A stretch of DNA of 64,000 nt from Betaproteobacteria bacterium (lineage in GTDB: Bacteria; Pseudomonadota; Gammaproteobacteria; Burkholderiales; SG8-39), in the NCBI GenBank assembly GCA_005881575.1, contig VBCA01000005.1, forward strand, positions 12,322 to 76,321. The letters are read 5' to 3'. Each line of letters begins with the position of its first letter. Position 1 is the first letter of the stretch. The notes under the pieces are model-generated. The model saw nothing but the letters and a program-made list of their open reading frames with translations, had not been told where the DNA came from and ran no database searches. Below, piece after piece: positions 1-9,094 of the stretch. Both the position numbers and the translations under genes were made by a program.

Positions 1-1
1 C

Positions 2-175
2 GACATGAACGTGGTGATGACGGGCTCGGGCGGTTTCGTCGAGGTCCAGGGAACGGCCGAAGGCGCGCCGTTTTCCGCGGCGCAGATGGATGCGCTGCTC
101 GCGCTCGCGATGCAGGGGATCGCCGAGCTCATCGCCAAGCAGAAAGCGGCGCTCGGCCTTCCCCTCCTCTCTTGA
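2..175 (+). CDS. rph: Ribonuclease PH, C-terminal fragment (5' end lies outside the window)
   Basis: Frame 2 reads [57 protein letters not shown], a typical RNase PH C-terminus. It is missing from the ORF track because it has no in-window start. It sits upstream of rdgB/hemW as in the conserved rph-rdgB-hemW neighbourhood. Confidence 0.85.
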   Translation, partial: DMNVVMTGSGGFVEVQGTAEGAPFSAAQMDALLALAMQGIAELIAKQKAALGLPLLS

Positions 176-314
176 GGAGGGGTGCCCGCGCAACGGGCGG
201 GGTGGTCGGCTTTCCCCTCCTCTCTTGAGGAGGGGTGCCGCGCAGCGGGCGGGGTGGTCGGCTTTCCCCTCCTCTCTTGAGGAGGGGTGCCGCCGTAGGC
301 GGCGGGGTGGTCGG
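158..314. repeat. REP-like array A: three tandem ~52-bp units
   Basis: Each unit has the hairpin CCCCTCCTC-tcttg-AGGAGGGG, then GTGCC(C)GCG..GCGGGCGGGGTGGTCGGC. The CCCCTCCTC cores start at 161, 214 and 266. The rph stop codon (173-175) lies in the loop of the first hairpin. Confidence 0.9.
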
Positions 315-368
315 GTCGAAGCTTCACCGGTTTCGTCAACTCTCGCCGCGGCCGAGCGTTGACCGTGC

Positions 369-731
369 ATGGCTCTCGTTCATAATGTTGCGCGCTTGAA
401 GCCGCGCCGCCGGGAACTTCGTCGACGACTCACCATCGCGGAAGCGCGCCTGTGGAACCATCTCAAAGAGAGCAGTCTGCGGGGCAGAAAATTCCGACGT
501 CAGCACAGCGTCGGGCCCTATATTCTGGACTTCTACTGTCCCGGAGAAAGACTCGCAGTGGAATTGGACGGCGCGGCTCACGACCATGAAGCTGCGCAAG
601 ACCGCGATGCCATTCGCACGCGGTTCCTTGAAAGGGCCGGAATCCGGCTGGTCCGATTCGAGAATCGTGAAGTCATCGAGAATCTCGAGGGAGTTCTCGC
701 GGTGATTGCGCGGCGATTCACGATTGCTTGA
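369..731 (+). CDS. DUF559 / Vsr-like endonuclease-domain protein
   Basis: 120 aa. The motifs LTIAEARLWNHL...FRRQHSVGPYILDFYCP...LAVELDG..H...D..R...L...G..V.RF.N.EV are characteristic of the DUF559 (very-short-patch-repair-like endonuclease fold) family. Confidence 0.8.
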   Translation: MALVHNVARLKPRRRELRRRLTIAEARLWNHLKESSLRGRKFRRQHSVGPYILDFYCPGERLAVELDGAAHDHEAAQDRDAIRTRFLERAGIRLVRFENREVIENLEGVLAVIARRFTIA

Positions 732-897
732 CCACCCCGGCGGCCTTCGGCCGCCACCCCTCCTCATTCGAGGAGGGGAGAGCAATGTCGCCGCGGTCAT
801 CTTCCCCTCCTCATTCGAGGAGGGGAGAGCAATGTCGCCGTGGTCATCTTCCCCTCCTCTCTTGAGGAGGGGTGCCCGCGGAGCGGGCGGGGTGGTC
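730..897. repeat. REP-like array B (mixed orientation)
   Basis: It begins with GACCACCCCGGCGGCCTTCGGCCGCCACCCCTCCTCattcGAGGAGGGG. Two further CCCCTCCTC..GAGGAGGGG hairpins follow (cores at 767, 804, 851). It ends with GTGCCCGCGGAGCGGGCGGGGTGGTC. The DUF559 stop TGA (729-731) overlaps the element terminus tGACCACCCC. Confidence 0.9.
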
Positions 898-922
898 GTG
901 CCTCGCAGGTTAAAATGCATGC

Positions 923-1513
923 GTGAAAAAACTCGTGCTCGCCTCCTCCAATCCGGGAAAGCTGCGTGAGTTCGAGGCGCTGCTCGCGCCGCTCGGGATG
1001 GAGGTCGTTGCGCAGGCGAGCCTCGGCGTGTCCGATGCCGATGAGCCACACGGAACTTTCGTCGAGAACGCGCTCGCCAAAGCGCGCCACGCGAGCCGCC
1101 GCACCCGGTTTCCCGCGCTCGCCGACGACTCGGGCATTTGCGTGGAGGCGTTGGGCGGAGAGCCCGGCGTGCACTCGGCGCGGTTTGCCGGCGAGCCGCG
1201 GTCGGATGCGCGCAACAACGAGAAACTCGTCAAGTTGCTCGCCGGCAAGGACAGCCGGCGCGCGCACTACTACTGCGTCGTCGTTTTCCTGCGCCACGCG
1301 GAGGATCCCGAACCGGTGATCGCCGAGGGAATCTGGGCGGGCGAGATCGTCGCCGAGCCCCGCGGCGCGAACGGGTTCGGCTACGATCCTCATTTTTTCC
1401 TGCGCGACTTCGGCAAGACCGCCGCCGAGCTCGATCCCGAGCAGAAAAATCTCGTGAGCCACCGCGGCAAGGCGCTGCGGCGGCTGCTGGCGAAACTGAA
1501 GGAGGGCGTTTGA
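923..1513 (+). CDS. rdgB: dITP/XTP pyrophosphatase (RdgB/HAM1 family)
   Basis: 196 aa with a GTG start. Motifs are LVLASSNPGKLREF, DETG.TF.ENA..KA-like, GFGYDP.F and SHRG.A. The position between rph and hemW fits. Confidence 0.9.
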   Translation: MKKLVLASSNPGKLREFEALLAPLGMEVVAQASLGVSDADEPHGTFVENALAKARHASRRTRFPALADDSGICVEALGGEPGVHSARFAGEPRSDARNNEKLVKLLAGKDSRRAHYYCVVVFLRHAEDPEPVIAEGIWAGEIVAEPRGANGFGYDPHFFLRDFGKTAAELDPEQKNLVSHRGKALRRLLAKLKEGV

Positions 1514-1518
1514 TGCCG

Positions 1519-1639
1519 GACCACCCCGGCGGCCTTCGGCCGCCACCCCTCCTCAAGCGAGGAGGGGAAAGCTGTATCGCCGTGGTCGTATTCCCCTCCT
1601 CATATGAGGAGGGGTGCCCGCGAAGCGGGCGGGATGGTC
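1519..1639. repeat. REP-like doublet C (REPIN/MITE-like, inverted arms)
   Basis: The left arm is GACCACCCCGGCGGCCTTCGGCCGCCACCCCTCCTCaagcGAGGAGGGG. After a 25-bp spacer, the right arm is CCCCTCCTCatatGAGGAGGGGTGCCCGCGAAGCGGGCGGGATGGTC. The outer termini are inverted (GACCAYCCC). Confidence 0.9.
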
Positions 1640-1652
1640 AGTGACACAAGTA

Positions 1653-2834
1653 ATGACCCCCGCGCCCGCCGGTATCCGGCTTGGCGTGCTCCCGCCTCTC
1701 GCCCTCTACGTTCATATCCCCTGGTGCGTGAGGAAGTGCCCCTACTGCGATTTCAATTCCCACCAGGTGAGAGGCGATGTCCCCGAGCGGGCCTATGTCG
1801 AAGCGCTCGTATCCGATCTCGAGCTCGCGCTTCCCGACGTCTGGGGGCGGCGCGTCACCAGTATTTTCTTCGGGGGCGGCACGCCCAGCCTCTTTTCGGC
1901 GGCCGCGATCGAGACCCTGATCTCGGCGTTTCGCGCGCGGCTGTCGCTCGCCGCCGATTGCGAGATCACCCTGGAGGCGAATCCCGGGACCTTCGAGGCG
2001 GAAAAGTTCCGCGGCTACCGCGAAGCCGGCGTGAACCGGCTCTCGATCGGCATCCAGAGCTTCGAACCGAAGCACTTAAAGGCGCTCGGACGCATCCACG
2101 ACGATCGCGAAGCCCGGCGCGCGATCGAGATCGCCCGGGACTCCTTCGACAACGTCAATCTTGATCTCATGTATGCGCTCCCCGAGCAGACGCTCGCCGA
2201 GGCGCGCGCCGACGCCGAAGCCGCGCTGGCGGCCGGCACGGCGCATCTGTCGTTCTACCACCTCACGCTCGAGCCGAACACGCTTTTCTACCGGCATCCG
2301 CCCGCGCTGCCGGACGAGGATGCGGCGGCGGCGATGCAGGACGCCATCGGCGCCGCGCTCGCCGCGCGCGGTTACGCGCACTACGAGACTTCGGCCTGGG
2401 CGAAGCCCGGCCGCGAATGCCGCCACAATCTCAACTACTGGCGTTTCGGCGATTACCTCGGCATCGGCGCCGGCGCCCACGGCAAGCTGAGCTTTCCCGA
2501 TCGCGTCGCGCGGACCGCGCGCTGGAAGCAACCCAGGGAATATCTCCAGCGGGTCGCCGAAGGCCGTCCGGTGCAGGAAATCCGCGAGGTCGGGCGCGAC
2601 GACCTGGTGTTCGAATTCATGATGAACGCTTTGCGGCTGTCCGATGGATTTCCGGTCGGCTCGTTCGTGGAACGCACCGGGCTGCAGATCGCAGTTGCAG
2701 AAAAGCCGCTGCGAGAGGCCGAGGCGCGCGGACTCATCGCGCGGGACCACGAGCGCATCCGGCCGACGGATCTGGGGCAGCGCTTTCTCAACGATCTGCT
2801 GGAGCTCTTTCTGCCGGACGCAAAGCGGGCCTGA
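1653..2834 (+). CDS. hemW: Radical SAM heme chaperone HemW (HemN-like, YggW family)
   Basis: It carries the CxxxCxxC radical-SAM motif (HIPWCVRKCPYCDFNS) and HemN_C-like tail. The ORF opens at 1614 but that part lies inside the REP element, so the ATG at 1653 is preferred. Confidence 0.85.
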   Translation: MTPAPAGIRLGVLPPLALYVHIPWCVRKCPYCDFNSHQVRGDVPERAYVEALVSDLELALPDVWGRRVTSIFFGGGTPSLFSAAAIETLISAFRARLSLAADCEITLEANPGTFEAEKFRGYREAGVNRLSIGIQSFEPKHLKALGRIHDDREARRAIEIARDSFDNVNLDLMYALPEQTLAEARADAEAALAAGTAHLSFYHLTLEPNTLFYRHPPALPDEDAAAAMQDAIGAALAARGYAHYETSAWAKPGRECRHNLNYWRFGDYLGIGAGAHGKLSFPDRVARTARWKQPREYLQRVAEGRPVQEIREVGRDDLVFEFMMNALRLSDGFPVGSFVERTGLQIAVAEKPLREAEARGLIARDHERIRPTDLGQRFLNDLLELFLPDAKRA

Positions 2835-2840
2835 CCGCCT

Positions 2841-2957
2841 CACCACCCCGGCGGCCTTCGGCCGCCACCCCTCCTCAAGAGAGGAGGGGATAAAAACCCG
2901 CACGTTCTTTCCCCTCCTCGAATGAGGAGGGGTGCCGGCGCAGCCGGCGGGGTGGTC
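2841..2957. repeat. REP-like doublet D (REPIN/MITE-like, inverted arms)
   Basis: The sequence is CACCACCCCGGCGGCCTTCGGCCGCCACCCCTCCTCaagaGAGGAGGGG ... CCCCTCCTCgaatGAGGAGGGGTGCCGGCGCAGCCGGCGGGGTGGTC. The trmB stop codon (2956-2958, minus strand) overlaps the right terminus. Confidence 0.9.
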
Positions 2958-3630
2958 AGATTTTTCTGAAAACCAGATCCCAGACGCGGTGGCCGAGCGC
3001 GAGACCGCGGCGCTCGAACTTGGTCTCGGGCCGGGCCTGCGGCCGGCTGGCATAACCGGAAGCGGTGTTGCGGAGCGCCGGCTCGGAGGAGAGAACCTCC
3101 AGCATCTGCCGGGCGTATTCCTCCCAATCGGTGCAGGCATGCACGCGGGCGCCGCGCTTCATCCTCGAGGCGAGCAGCGCGACGAACGCCGGCTGGATGA
3201 GGCGCCGCTTGTGATGGCGCTTCTTCGGCCAGGGATCGGGAAAGAATACGTGCACGCCGTCGAGCGCCGCGGGCGCGATCATGTGCTCGACCACCTCGAC
3301 CGCGTCGTGCTGGATGATGCGCAGGTTCTGGAGATGCAGGTCGCAGATGCGTTTCAGGAGACTCCCGACGCCGGGGGTATGGACTTCGATTCCGAGATAG
3401 TCGTTCTCGGGATGTTCCTGCGCGATCGTCGCGGTGGTCTCGCCCATGCCGAAACCGATTTCGAGGATCCTGGGCGCCGTGCGGCCGAACAAGCGGTCCA
3501 GATCGAGCGGGATCGGCGAGAAGGGTACGCCGTAGACGGGCAGCAGGTCGGTGTGGGCGCGGCGCTGGGCTTTCGAAACGCGCCCCTGGCGCAAGACGAA
3601 ACTTCGAATCTGGCGCCGGTGTTCTCGCAA
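2956..3630 (-). CDS. trmB: tRNA (guanine46-N7)-methyltransferase
   Basis: 224 aa with [13 protein letters not shown], the [12 protein letters not shown]-binding motif and [15 protein letters not shown]. Confidence 0.9.
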   Translation of the reverse strand: MREHRRQIRSFVLRQGRVSKAQRRAHTDLLPVYGVPFSPIPLDLDRLFGRTAPRILEIGFGMGETTATIAQEHPENDYLGIEVHTPGVGSLLKRICDLHLQNLRIIQHDAVEVVEHMIAPAALDGVHVFFPDPWPKKRHHKRRLIQPAFVALLASRMKRGARVHACTDWEEYARQMLEVLSSEPALRNTASGYASRPQARPETKFERRGLALGHRVWDLVFRKI

Positions 3631-3643
3631 GAAATATCTTGGG

Positions 3644-4468
3644 CTACGCGGCCTTCGGCGGGATCAGGCCCGAAGCCGGCGAGCTGGGGCTGGCGGAGTA
3701 GAGCTTCTTCGGCATGCGGCCGGCGAGAAAGGCCTCGCGCCCGGCCTCGACCGCCTTTCTCATCGCCTGCGCCATGAGCACCGGGTTTTGCGCCTTCGCG
3801 ACCGCGGTGTTCATGAGCACCGCATCGCAGCCGAGTTCCATCGCGATAGCGGCATCCGACGCCGTGCCCACGCCGGCATCGACCACCACCGGCACCTCGG
3901 CGCTGCCGATGATGAGCTCCAGGTTCCAGGGATTGAGAATCCCCATCCCCGAGCCGATCAGCGAGGCGAGCGGCATGATCGCGGCGCAACCGATGTCTTC
4001 CAGCTGTTTCGCGATGATCGGGTCGTCGCTCGTGTAGACCATCACCTTGAAGCCGTCCCGCACCAGGGTTTCGGCGGCCTTCAGCGTTTCGACGATATTC
4101 GGGTAGAGCGTGTTCGGATCGCCCAGCACTTCCAGCTTGACGAGGTCATGACCGTCGAGGAGCTCGCGCGCGAGGCGCAGGGTGCGCACCGCGTCCTCCG
4201 CGTTGTAGCAGCCCGCGGTGTTGGGCAGGATCGTGAACCGGGAAGGCGGCAGCGCGTCGAGGAGCGACGGCTCCCCCGCGTTCTGGCCGATGTTGGTGCG
4301 GCGGATCGCGACGGTGACGATCTCGGCGCCGCTCGCTTCCACCGCGCGGCGCGTCTCGTCGAAATCCCGGTACTTTCCGGTGCCGATCAGCAGGCGCGAG
4401 CGGTAGGCCCGCCCGGCGATGAGCAAGGGGTCGGCGATCTGATCGGCGAGCAACGTCGGAGCGTTCAT
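3644..4468 (-). CDS. thiG: Thiazole synthase
   Basis: It starts [33 protein letters not shown] and contains KLEV..D...L.P, the ThiG pattern. The ORF extends to 4624, but the ATG at 4468 sits 4 nt after the thiS stop. Confidence 0.9.
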   Translation of the reverse strand: MNAPTLLADQIADPLLIAGRAYRSRLLIGTGKYRDFDETRRAVEASGAEIVTVAIRRTNIGQNAGEPSLLDALPPSRFTILPNTAGCYNAEDAVRTLRLARELLDGHDLVKLEVLGDPNTLYPNIVETLKAAETLVRDGFKVMVYTSDDPIIAKQLEDIGCAAIMPLASLIGSGMGILNPWNLELIIGSAEVPVVVDAGVGTASDAAIAMELGCDAVLMNTAVAKAQNPVLMAQAMRKAVEAGREAFLAGRMPKKLYSASPSSPASGLIPPKAA

Positions 4469-4472
4469 CGCG

Positions 4473-4676
4473 CTAGCCTCCGCCGACCGCGACGACGATC
4501 TCGAGCGCGTCGCCTTCGGCGAGCCGCGTGTCCGAATACCGGCTTCGCGGCACGATCTCTCCGTTCTTTTCAACGGCCACTCGCTTTCCAGCGAGCTCGA
4601 GCGCGTCGAGGAGCTGCGCGACATTCGCGCCCGGCTCGAGACGCTGCACTTGACCGTTGACCGAGAGCTGGATCAC
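4473..4676 (-). CDS. thiS: Sulfur carrier protein ThiS
   Basis: 67 aa ending in GG (..EIVVAVGGG*), directly upstream of thiG. The GTG at 4676 gives a ThiS-sized protein and avoids overlap with tRNA-Gly on the other strand. Confidence 0.85.
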   Translation of the reverse strand: MIQLSVNGQVQRLEPGANVAQLLDALELAGKRVAVEKNGEIVPRSRYSDTRLAEGDALEIVVAVGGG

Positions 4677-4717
4677 CTGGAATCCCCTGGGGCGAGAGGG
4701 TAAAATTATCTTACCAC

Positions 4718-4791
4718 GCGGGTGTAGTTCAATGGTAGAACGAAAGCTTCCCAAGCTTAAGACGAGGGTTCGATTCCCTTCACCCGCTCCA
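4718..4791 (+). tRNA. tRNA-Gly (anticodon CCC)
   Basis: It folds by hand into a cloverleaf. Acceptor GCGGGTG/CACCCGC, D arm GTTC..GAAC, anticodon loop TTCCCAA, T arm GAGGG-TTCGATT-CCCTT, encoded CCA. Confidence 0.9.
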
Positions 4792-4797
4792 AATCAA

Positions 4798-5703
4798 ATG
4801 CCCGCGTCCTTCGACGGTAAGCTGGTCGTCGCCATTTCCTCCAGGGCTCTGTTCGATCTGGAGGAATCGAATCGGGTGTTCGAAGAGCAGGGCGTGACCG
4901 CCTACTACCGGTATCAGCTCGAGCACGAGAACGAGATCCTCGCGCCCGGGATCGCGTTCGCGCTGGTGAGGAAGCTCTTGAGGCTCAACACGCTCGCGCC
5001 CGCTCGAGCCCGGGTGGAAGTGATCCTGCTTTCGCGCAACACCGCCGACACGGGGATGCGCATCATGAACGCGATCGAGCACTACAAGCTCGACATCTCG
5101 CGCGCGGCCTTCACCGGGGGGGAGAACACCTATCCCTACGTGCCGGCGTTCGATGCGCATCTGTTTCTCTCCGCCAATCCCGTGGATGTGCGCAAGGCCC
5201 TGGACGCGGGGCATGCGGCCGCGACGATCCTGCCTTCCCACGTCGGGAAGAGCGTCGAGGCGACGGAGGGTTTGCGCATCGCCTTCGACGGCGATGCCGT
5301 GCTCTTCTCCGACGAGGCCGAGCGCGTCTACAAGCGGGACGGCCTGGACGCCTTCACCGCGAGCGAGGTCGCCGCGGCCAAGGAGCCTCTGTCGGGAGGC
5401 CCTTTCAAGAGTTTTCTGGCGGCGCTGCATCGCATCCAGTCCGAATTCCCGGCGGACCGCGCGCCCATCCGCACCGCGCTGGTGACGGCGCGCAGCGCGC
5501 CCGCCCACGAACGCGTCGTGCGCACGCTGCGCGCCTGGAACATCCGCATCGACGAAGCCTTGTTTCTGGGCGGGTTGGACAAGGGCCCGTTCCTGAAAGC
5601 CTTCGGCGCGGACATTTTTTTCGACGACCAGCGCGGCCACGTCGAGTCGGCGAGCCGCCACGTCACGGCCGGGCATGTGCCGTTCGGCGTCGCCAACGAA
5701 TAG
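4798..5703 (+). CDS. 5'-nucleotidase family protein (cN-IA/PF06189-like)
   Basis: 301 aa from the ATG just after the tRNA. The sequence LVVAISSRALFDLEESNRVFEEQG..AY..YQ...E...L.PG.AF..V ... FFDDQ..H resembles the bacterial cytosolic 5'-nucleotidase family. Confidence 0.6.
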   Translation: MPASFDGKLVVAISSRALFDLEESNRVFEEQGVTAYYRYQLEHENEILAPGIAFALVRKLLRLNTLAPARARVEVILLSRNTADTGMRIMNAIEHYKLDISRAAFTGGENTYPYVPAFDAHLFLSANPVDVRKALDAGHAAATILPSHVGKSVEATEGLRIAFDGDAVLFSDEAERVYKRDGLDAFTASEVAAAKEPLSGGPFKSFLAALHRIQSEFPADRAPIRTALVTARSAPAHERVVRTLRAWNIRIDEALFLGGLDKGPFLKAFGADIFFDDQRGHVESASRHVTAGHVPFGVANE

Positions 5704-5719
5704 AAAACGCAAGGCCGGC

Positions 5720-7456
5720 ATGAAAATCTTCAAGACCCTGCTGCTCGCCGCCGTCGGGATCGTCGTGCTGATCGTGATCGTGATCGCCATCGTTGCCGCG
5801 ACTTTCGATCCCAACAAGTACAAGCCGGAAATCGTCGCCGCGGTCAAGGACAAGACCGGGCGCACGCTCGCGATCGAAGGCAATCTCGGCCTCAGCTTCT
5901 TTCCGGGCATCGGCATCGCCGTCGGAAGGGCGTCCTTGTCCGAGGCCAACAGCAGCAGGATCTTCGCTCGCGTCGAACAGGCGAAAATAGCGCTCGCGCT
6001 GTGGCCCTTGCTCTCGAAGCGGGTGGTGGTCGATCGCGTGACCCTCTCGGGGCTCGCGCTGGACTTGGTGCAGGGCAAGGGCGGAAGGACCAATTTCGAG
6101 GATCTGGCGGGGGGCACGGCGGCGGGGCCCAAGGCGGGCCCGCAGCAAGGGGCGATGCGCCTGGACATCGCGGGAATCGAGATTCGTTCGAGCGCGATCG
6201 GCTGGCGCGACGAATCGAGCGGGCAAAGGTACAAGGCGACCATCGACGAGTTCAAGACCGGGCGGATCGCGAGCGGCGTGCCGGGAAGGCTCTCGCTTTC
6301 CGCGAGGGTCGAAGCGGCGCAGCCCAAGGCCGACTACCAGGTGCGCCTGTCCGGCGACTACCGCCTCAATTTCGAAAAGCAGACGTTCGCGTTCTCCGGG
6401 ATCGACCTCAAGATATCCGACGCCGCGCCGGGCTCCAAGGCGCCTCCGCTGTCGCTGAAGGGGGACGTGGAGTTCGATGCTTCGCCCCAAGCGATCCGTT
6501 TCACGCTCGCCGCGGACCAGGTGAATCTCGACCGCTATCTGCCGCCGCCTCCGCCGAAGCCGGCGGCCGGCGCGCCGAAGGGCGCGAGCGCGCCCTCGAC
6601 GAAACCCGAGGAGGCGATCGATCTTTCAGCGCTGAAAGCGCTCGACCTGAAGGGCGACCTGAAGATCGAGCGATTGATCGCATCGAACGTGAAACTGGAG
6701 AGCGTGCACCTCGGCGTAAAGGCCGCGGGCGGCAAGGTCGACGCCGAGCCGCTGACGGCCGATCTGTATCAGGGCAAGCTCTCCGGCGCTGCGAGCGCCA
6801 ACGCCCATACCAATCGCTTCGCGCTCAAGGCGGATCTCGGCGGCGTCACGTTGGGGCCGTTGCTGAAAGACGCTCTCAACAACGATCTTCTGGAGGGTCG
6901 AGGCAGCGTCGCGCTCGACGTGCAGACCGGCGGCGCGAGCGTGAGCGCGATGAAAAAAGCGCTCTCGGGCGGCGCGAGCCTCGCGCTGCGGGACAGCAGC
7001 TTGAAGGGCGTCAATCTGGCCGAGTTGCTGCGCAAGGCAAGATCCCTCCGCGGATCGAGTCCTCCGGCCGAGCAGGGAGCGATTGCGGCGGAGCGGACCG
7101 ATTTCACCGAGCTCGGAGCGAGCTTCGTCATCCGGAACGGCGTCGCGCACAACGACGATCTCTCCGCCAAGTCGCCGTTGCTGCGCCTCGCCGGATCGGG
7201 CGATATCGACCTCGGAGCCAATTCGATCGATTACCTCATCAAGGCTTCGGTGGTCGCTTCCTCGAGCGGTCAGGGCGGCAAGGATCTCGCCGAGCTGCGC
7301 GGGGTCACCGTGCCGGTGAAGGTCAGCGGCCCGCTCGATGCGCCGCGCTTCCGCGCCGATCTTCGCGCCACCGTCGGCGATGCGGTGAAGCAAAAGGCCG
7401 AGGAGGAGCTGAAAGAACGCGTGCAGGACCGGCTCAAGAGCCTTCTGAGACGGTGA
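5720..7456 (+). CDS. asmA: AsmA family outer-membrane assembly protein
   Basis: It has an N-terminal signal anchor (MKIFKTLLLAAVGIVVLIVIVIAIVAATFDPNKYKPEIV) and an AsmA-like C-terminal segment (GSGDIDL....IDY...A.V). Confidence 0.8.
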   Translation: MKIFKTLLLAAVGIVVLIVIVIAIVAATFDPNKYKPEIVAAVKDKTGRTLAIEGNLGLSFFPGIGIAVGRASLSEANSSRIFARVEQAKIALALWPLLSKRVVVDRVTLSGLALDLVQGKGGRTNFEDLAGGTAAGPKAGPQQGAMRLDIAGIEIRSSAIGWRDESSGQRYKATIDEFKTGRIASGVPGRLSLSARVEAAQPKADYQVRLSGDYRLNFEKQTFAFSGIDLKISDAAPGSKAPPLSLKGDVEFDASPQAIRFTLAADQVNLDRYLPPPPPKPAAGAPKGASAPSTKPEEAIDLSALKALDLKGDLKIERLIASNVKLESVHLGVKAAGGKVDAEPLTADLYQGKLSGAASANAHTNRFALKADLGGVTLGPLLKDALNNDLLEGRGSVALDVQTGGASVSAMKKALSGGASLALRDSSLKGVNLAELLRKARSLRGSSPPAEQGAIAAERTDFTELGASFVIRNGVAHNDDLSAKSPLLRLAGSGDIDLGANSIDYLIKASVVASSSGQGGKDLAELRGVTVPVKVSGPLDAPRFRADLRATVGDAVKQKAEEELKERVQDRLKSLLRR

Positions 7457-8493
7457 GCACTCTCGCCGGCCGGCTCATACGCTGGCAAGCCCGGCACGGG
7501 CGTCATGACCTGCCGTGGCAGCAGACGCGCGATCCGTATCGCATCTGGCTGTCGGAGGTGATGTTGCAGCAGACCCAGGTCGCGACGGTCATTCCGTACT
7601 ACGAGCGCTTCCTCGCGCGCTTTCCGGACGTGAAATCGCTCGCCGGGGCGCACCTCGACGACGTGCTGGCGCTGTGGAGCGGCCTGGGCTACTACTCGCG
7701 GGCGCGCAACCTGCATGCCGCGGCGCGGATCCTCGTCGAATCATGGGGAGGCCGGTTTCCGCGGACGCGCGAGGCGCTCGCGTCGCTGCCGGGAGTGGGC
7801 CGTTCCACCGCGGGCGCTATCGCGGTGTTCGCCTTCGGCGAGCGCGAAGCGATCCTCGACGGCAACGTGAAGCGGGTGCTCGCGCGCCATTTCGCGGTGC
7901 GCGGTTACCCCGGAGAGCGGCGGGTCGGTAACCGCCTGTGGAAGCTCGCCGAGTCGCAGGTGCCCGAGAAGGACATCGAGCGCTACACCCAGGCTCTGAT
8001 GGATCTGGGCGCAAGCGTCTGCACTCGCGCGCGGCCGGCGTGCGCAAGCTGTCCTCTGAAGGGGACCTGCGAGGCTCGTTCGCAGGGAAAAGTCGAAGCG
8101 TATCCGCGGTCGCGTCCGCGCAATCCCGTGCCGCTCAAGGAAACCGCGATGCTGCTGCTTCTGCGCGAGGGCGAAGTACTGCTGGAGAAACGCTCGCCGG
8201 TCGGATTGTGGGGCGGGCTGTGGTGTCTCCCGGAGATCTCCCCGGACGCCGATCCGCGCGATTACTGCAGACGCCGATTGGGCGCAAGGCTCGCGAGCGC
8301 GGAGCGCCTGCCGCTTTTGCGGCATGGTTTCACCCATTTCACCCTGAATATCACGCCGGTCCTGTGCCGGGTGGCGAGCGCGTCGCCCTGCGCCTCGGAG
8401 CCCGGACAAGTCTGGCTCCCGGTCGAAGAGGCGGGCCAGGCGGCGGTACCGGCGCCCGTGAGAAAACTGCTCAATTCTCTGCGGGCCGTTTAG
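7453..8493 (+). CDS. mutY: A/G-specific adenine DNA glycosylase
   Basis: Motifs are LPWQ..RDPYRIWLSEVMLQQTQV, HhH-GPD (LPGVGRSTAGAI), a 4Fe-4S cluster loop (C..ARPACASCPL...C) and a NUDIX-like C-terminal domain. The GTG at 7453 overlaps the asmA stop (GTGA). Confidence 0.9.
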   Translation: MSTLAGRLIRWQARHGRHDLPWQQTRDPYRIWLSEVMLQQTQVATVIPYYERFLARFPDVKSLAGAHLDDVLALWSGLGYYSRARNLHAAARILVESWGGRFPRTREALASLPGVGRSTAGAIAVFAFGEREAILDGNVKRVLARHFAVRGYPGERRVGNRLWKLAESQVPEKDIERYTQALMDLGASVCTRARPACASCPLKGTCEARSQGKVEAYPRSRPRNPVPLKETAMLLLLREGEVLLEKRSPVGLWGGLWCLPEISPDADPRDYCRRRLGARLASAERLPLLRHGFTHFTLNITPVLCRVASASPCASEPGQVWLPVEEAGQAAVPAPVRKLLNSLRAV

Positions 8494-9082
8494 CGGCGGC
8501 GAGACCGCGGCTTTCCAGAAATCGCTGCAGGATGGAGAGCCGCGCCAGGCTGTCGGTCAGCTCGAGGAGCTTCTGCTTGGCGAGGAGAGGCACCGGGAGG
8601 ATTTCGGTCAGGCGGTAGCCGACCCACGCGGCGTCGTCGAAGGCGTGCGGTTCGGCGAAAACCGATTTGCCCTGGTCGGCGACGACCATTTCCAGGAGCC
8701 GCGTGCAGGCCGAAAACTCCTCGGGAACGGCGACGCTTGCGTCAGGCTCGATCAGCCCTACGCCGGCCGAGATCAGCCCCTGGGCGCCGGTTTCACGTTC
8801 GAGGATGCGAAACCGCTGGCTGCCGCGGGTTTTGAGGGTCAGGATGCCCTGCTGCTGCATGTCGCATTCCTGGATCTTCGCGAGACACCCGACTCCTTCG
8901 GGCACGGCGGGCGCGCCGACCTCCGAACCCTGACGGATGAGGCACACCCCGAACGGTTCGTCGCGCTTGAGACAGTCGCGCGTCATGTCCATGTAGCGCG
9001 CTTCGAACACCCGCAGCGGAAGCAAGCCACCCGGGAAGAGCACCGTGTTGAGCGGAAAAATCGGGACGCGCAGCGAATCCAA
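8471..9082 (-). CDS. LON substrate-binding (Lon N-terminal) domain protein
   Basis: 203 aa. The sequence VPIFPLNTVLFPGGLLPLRVFEARY..M is the classic Lon N-domain opening. There is no ATPase or protease domain. Confidence 0.75.
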   Translation of the reverse strand: MDSLRVPIFPLNTVLFPGGLLPLRVFEARYMDMTRDCLKRDEPFGVCLIRQGSEVGAPAVPEGVGCLAKIQECDMQQQGILTLKTRGSQRFRILERETGAQGLISAGVGLIEPDASVAVPEEFSACTRLLEMVVADQGKSVFAEPHAFDDAAWVGYRLTEILPVPLLAKQKLLELTDSLARLSILQRFLESRGLAAAKRPAEN

Positions 9083-9094
9083 GAGCAGGTCCGG

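Noticed and set aside
90-969. Small ORFs translated from the repeat arrays (90-362, 706-969, 1138-1644 and others, with recurring PPPLL.RGGE / HPSSREEG peptides).
   Set aside because: The recurring peptides are just translations of the REP hairpins in different frames and orientations. There is no start-site context or coding signal.
150-2960. Whether the repeat arrays could be a CRISPR array.
   Set aside because: The units are self-complementary REP-type hairpins in both orientations. The material between them is 10-25 bp and itself repeated. The arrays are interrupted by genes, and there are no cas genes in the window.
4677-4717. A TPP riboswitch upstream of thiS-thiG.
   Set aside because: Only about 40 bp separate the thiS start from tRNA-Gly on the opposite strand. 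That is too short for a THI-box aptamer, and no conserved CUGAGA-type motif was seen.
6001-8493. An 830-aa ORF in the track spanning asmA and mutY.
   Set aside because: Only the last 346 codons (from the GTG at 7453) look like a real protein (MutY). The upstream ~480 codons are Arg/Gly/Ala-rich out-of-frame read-through of asmA, which is typical of GC-rich DNA.
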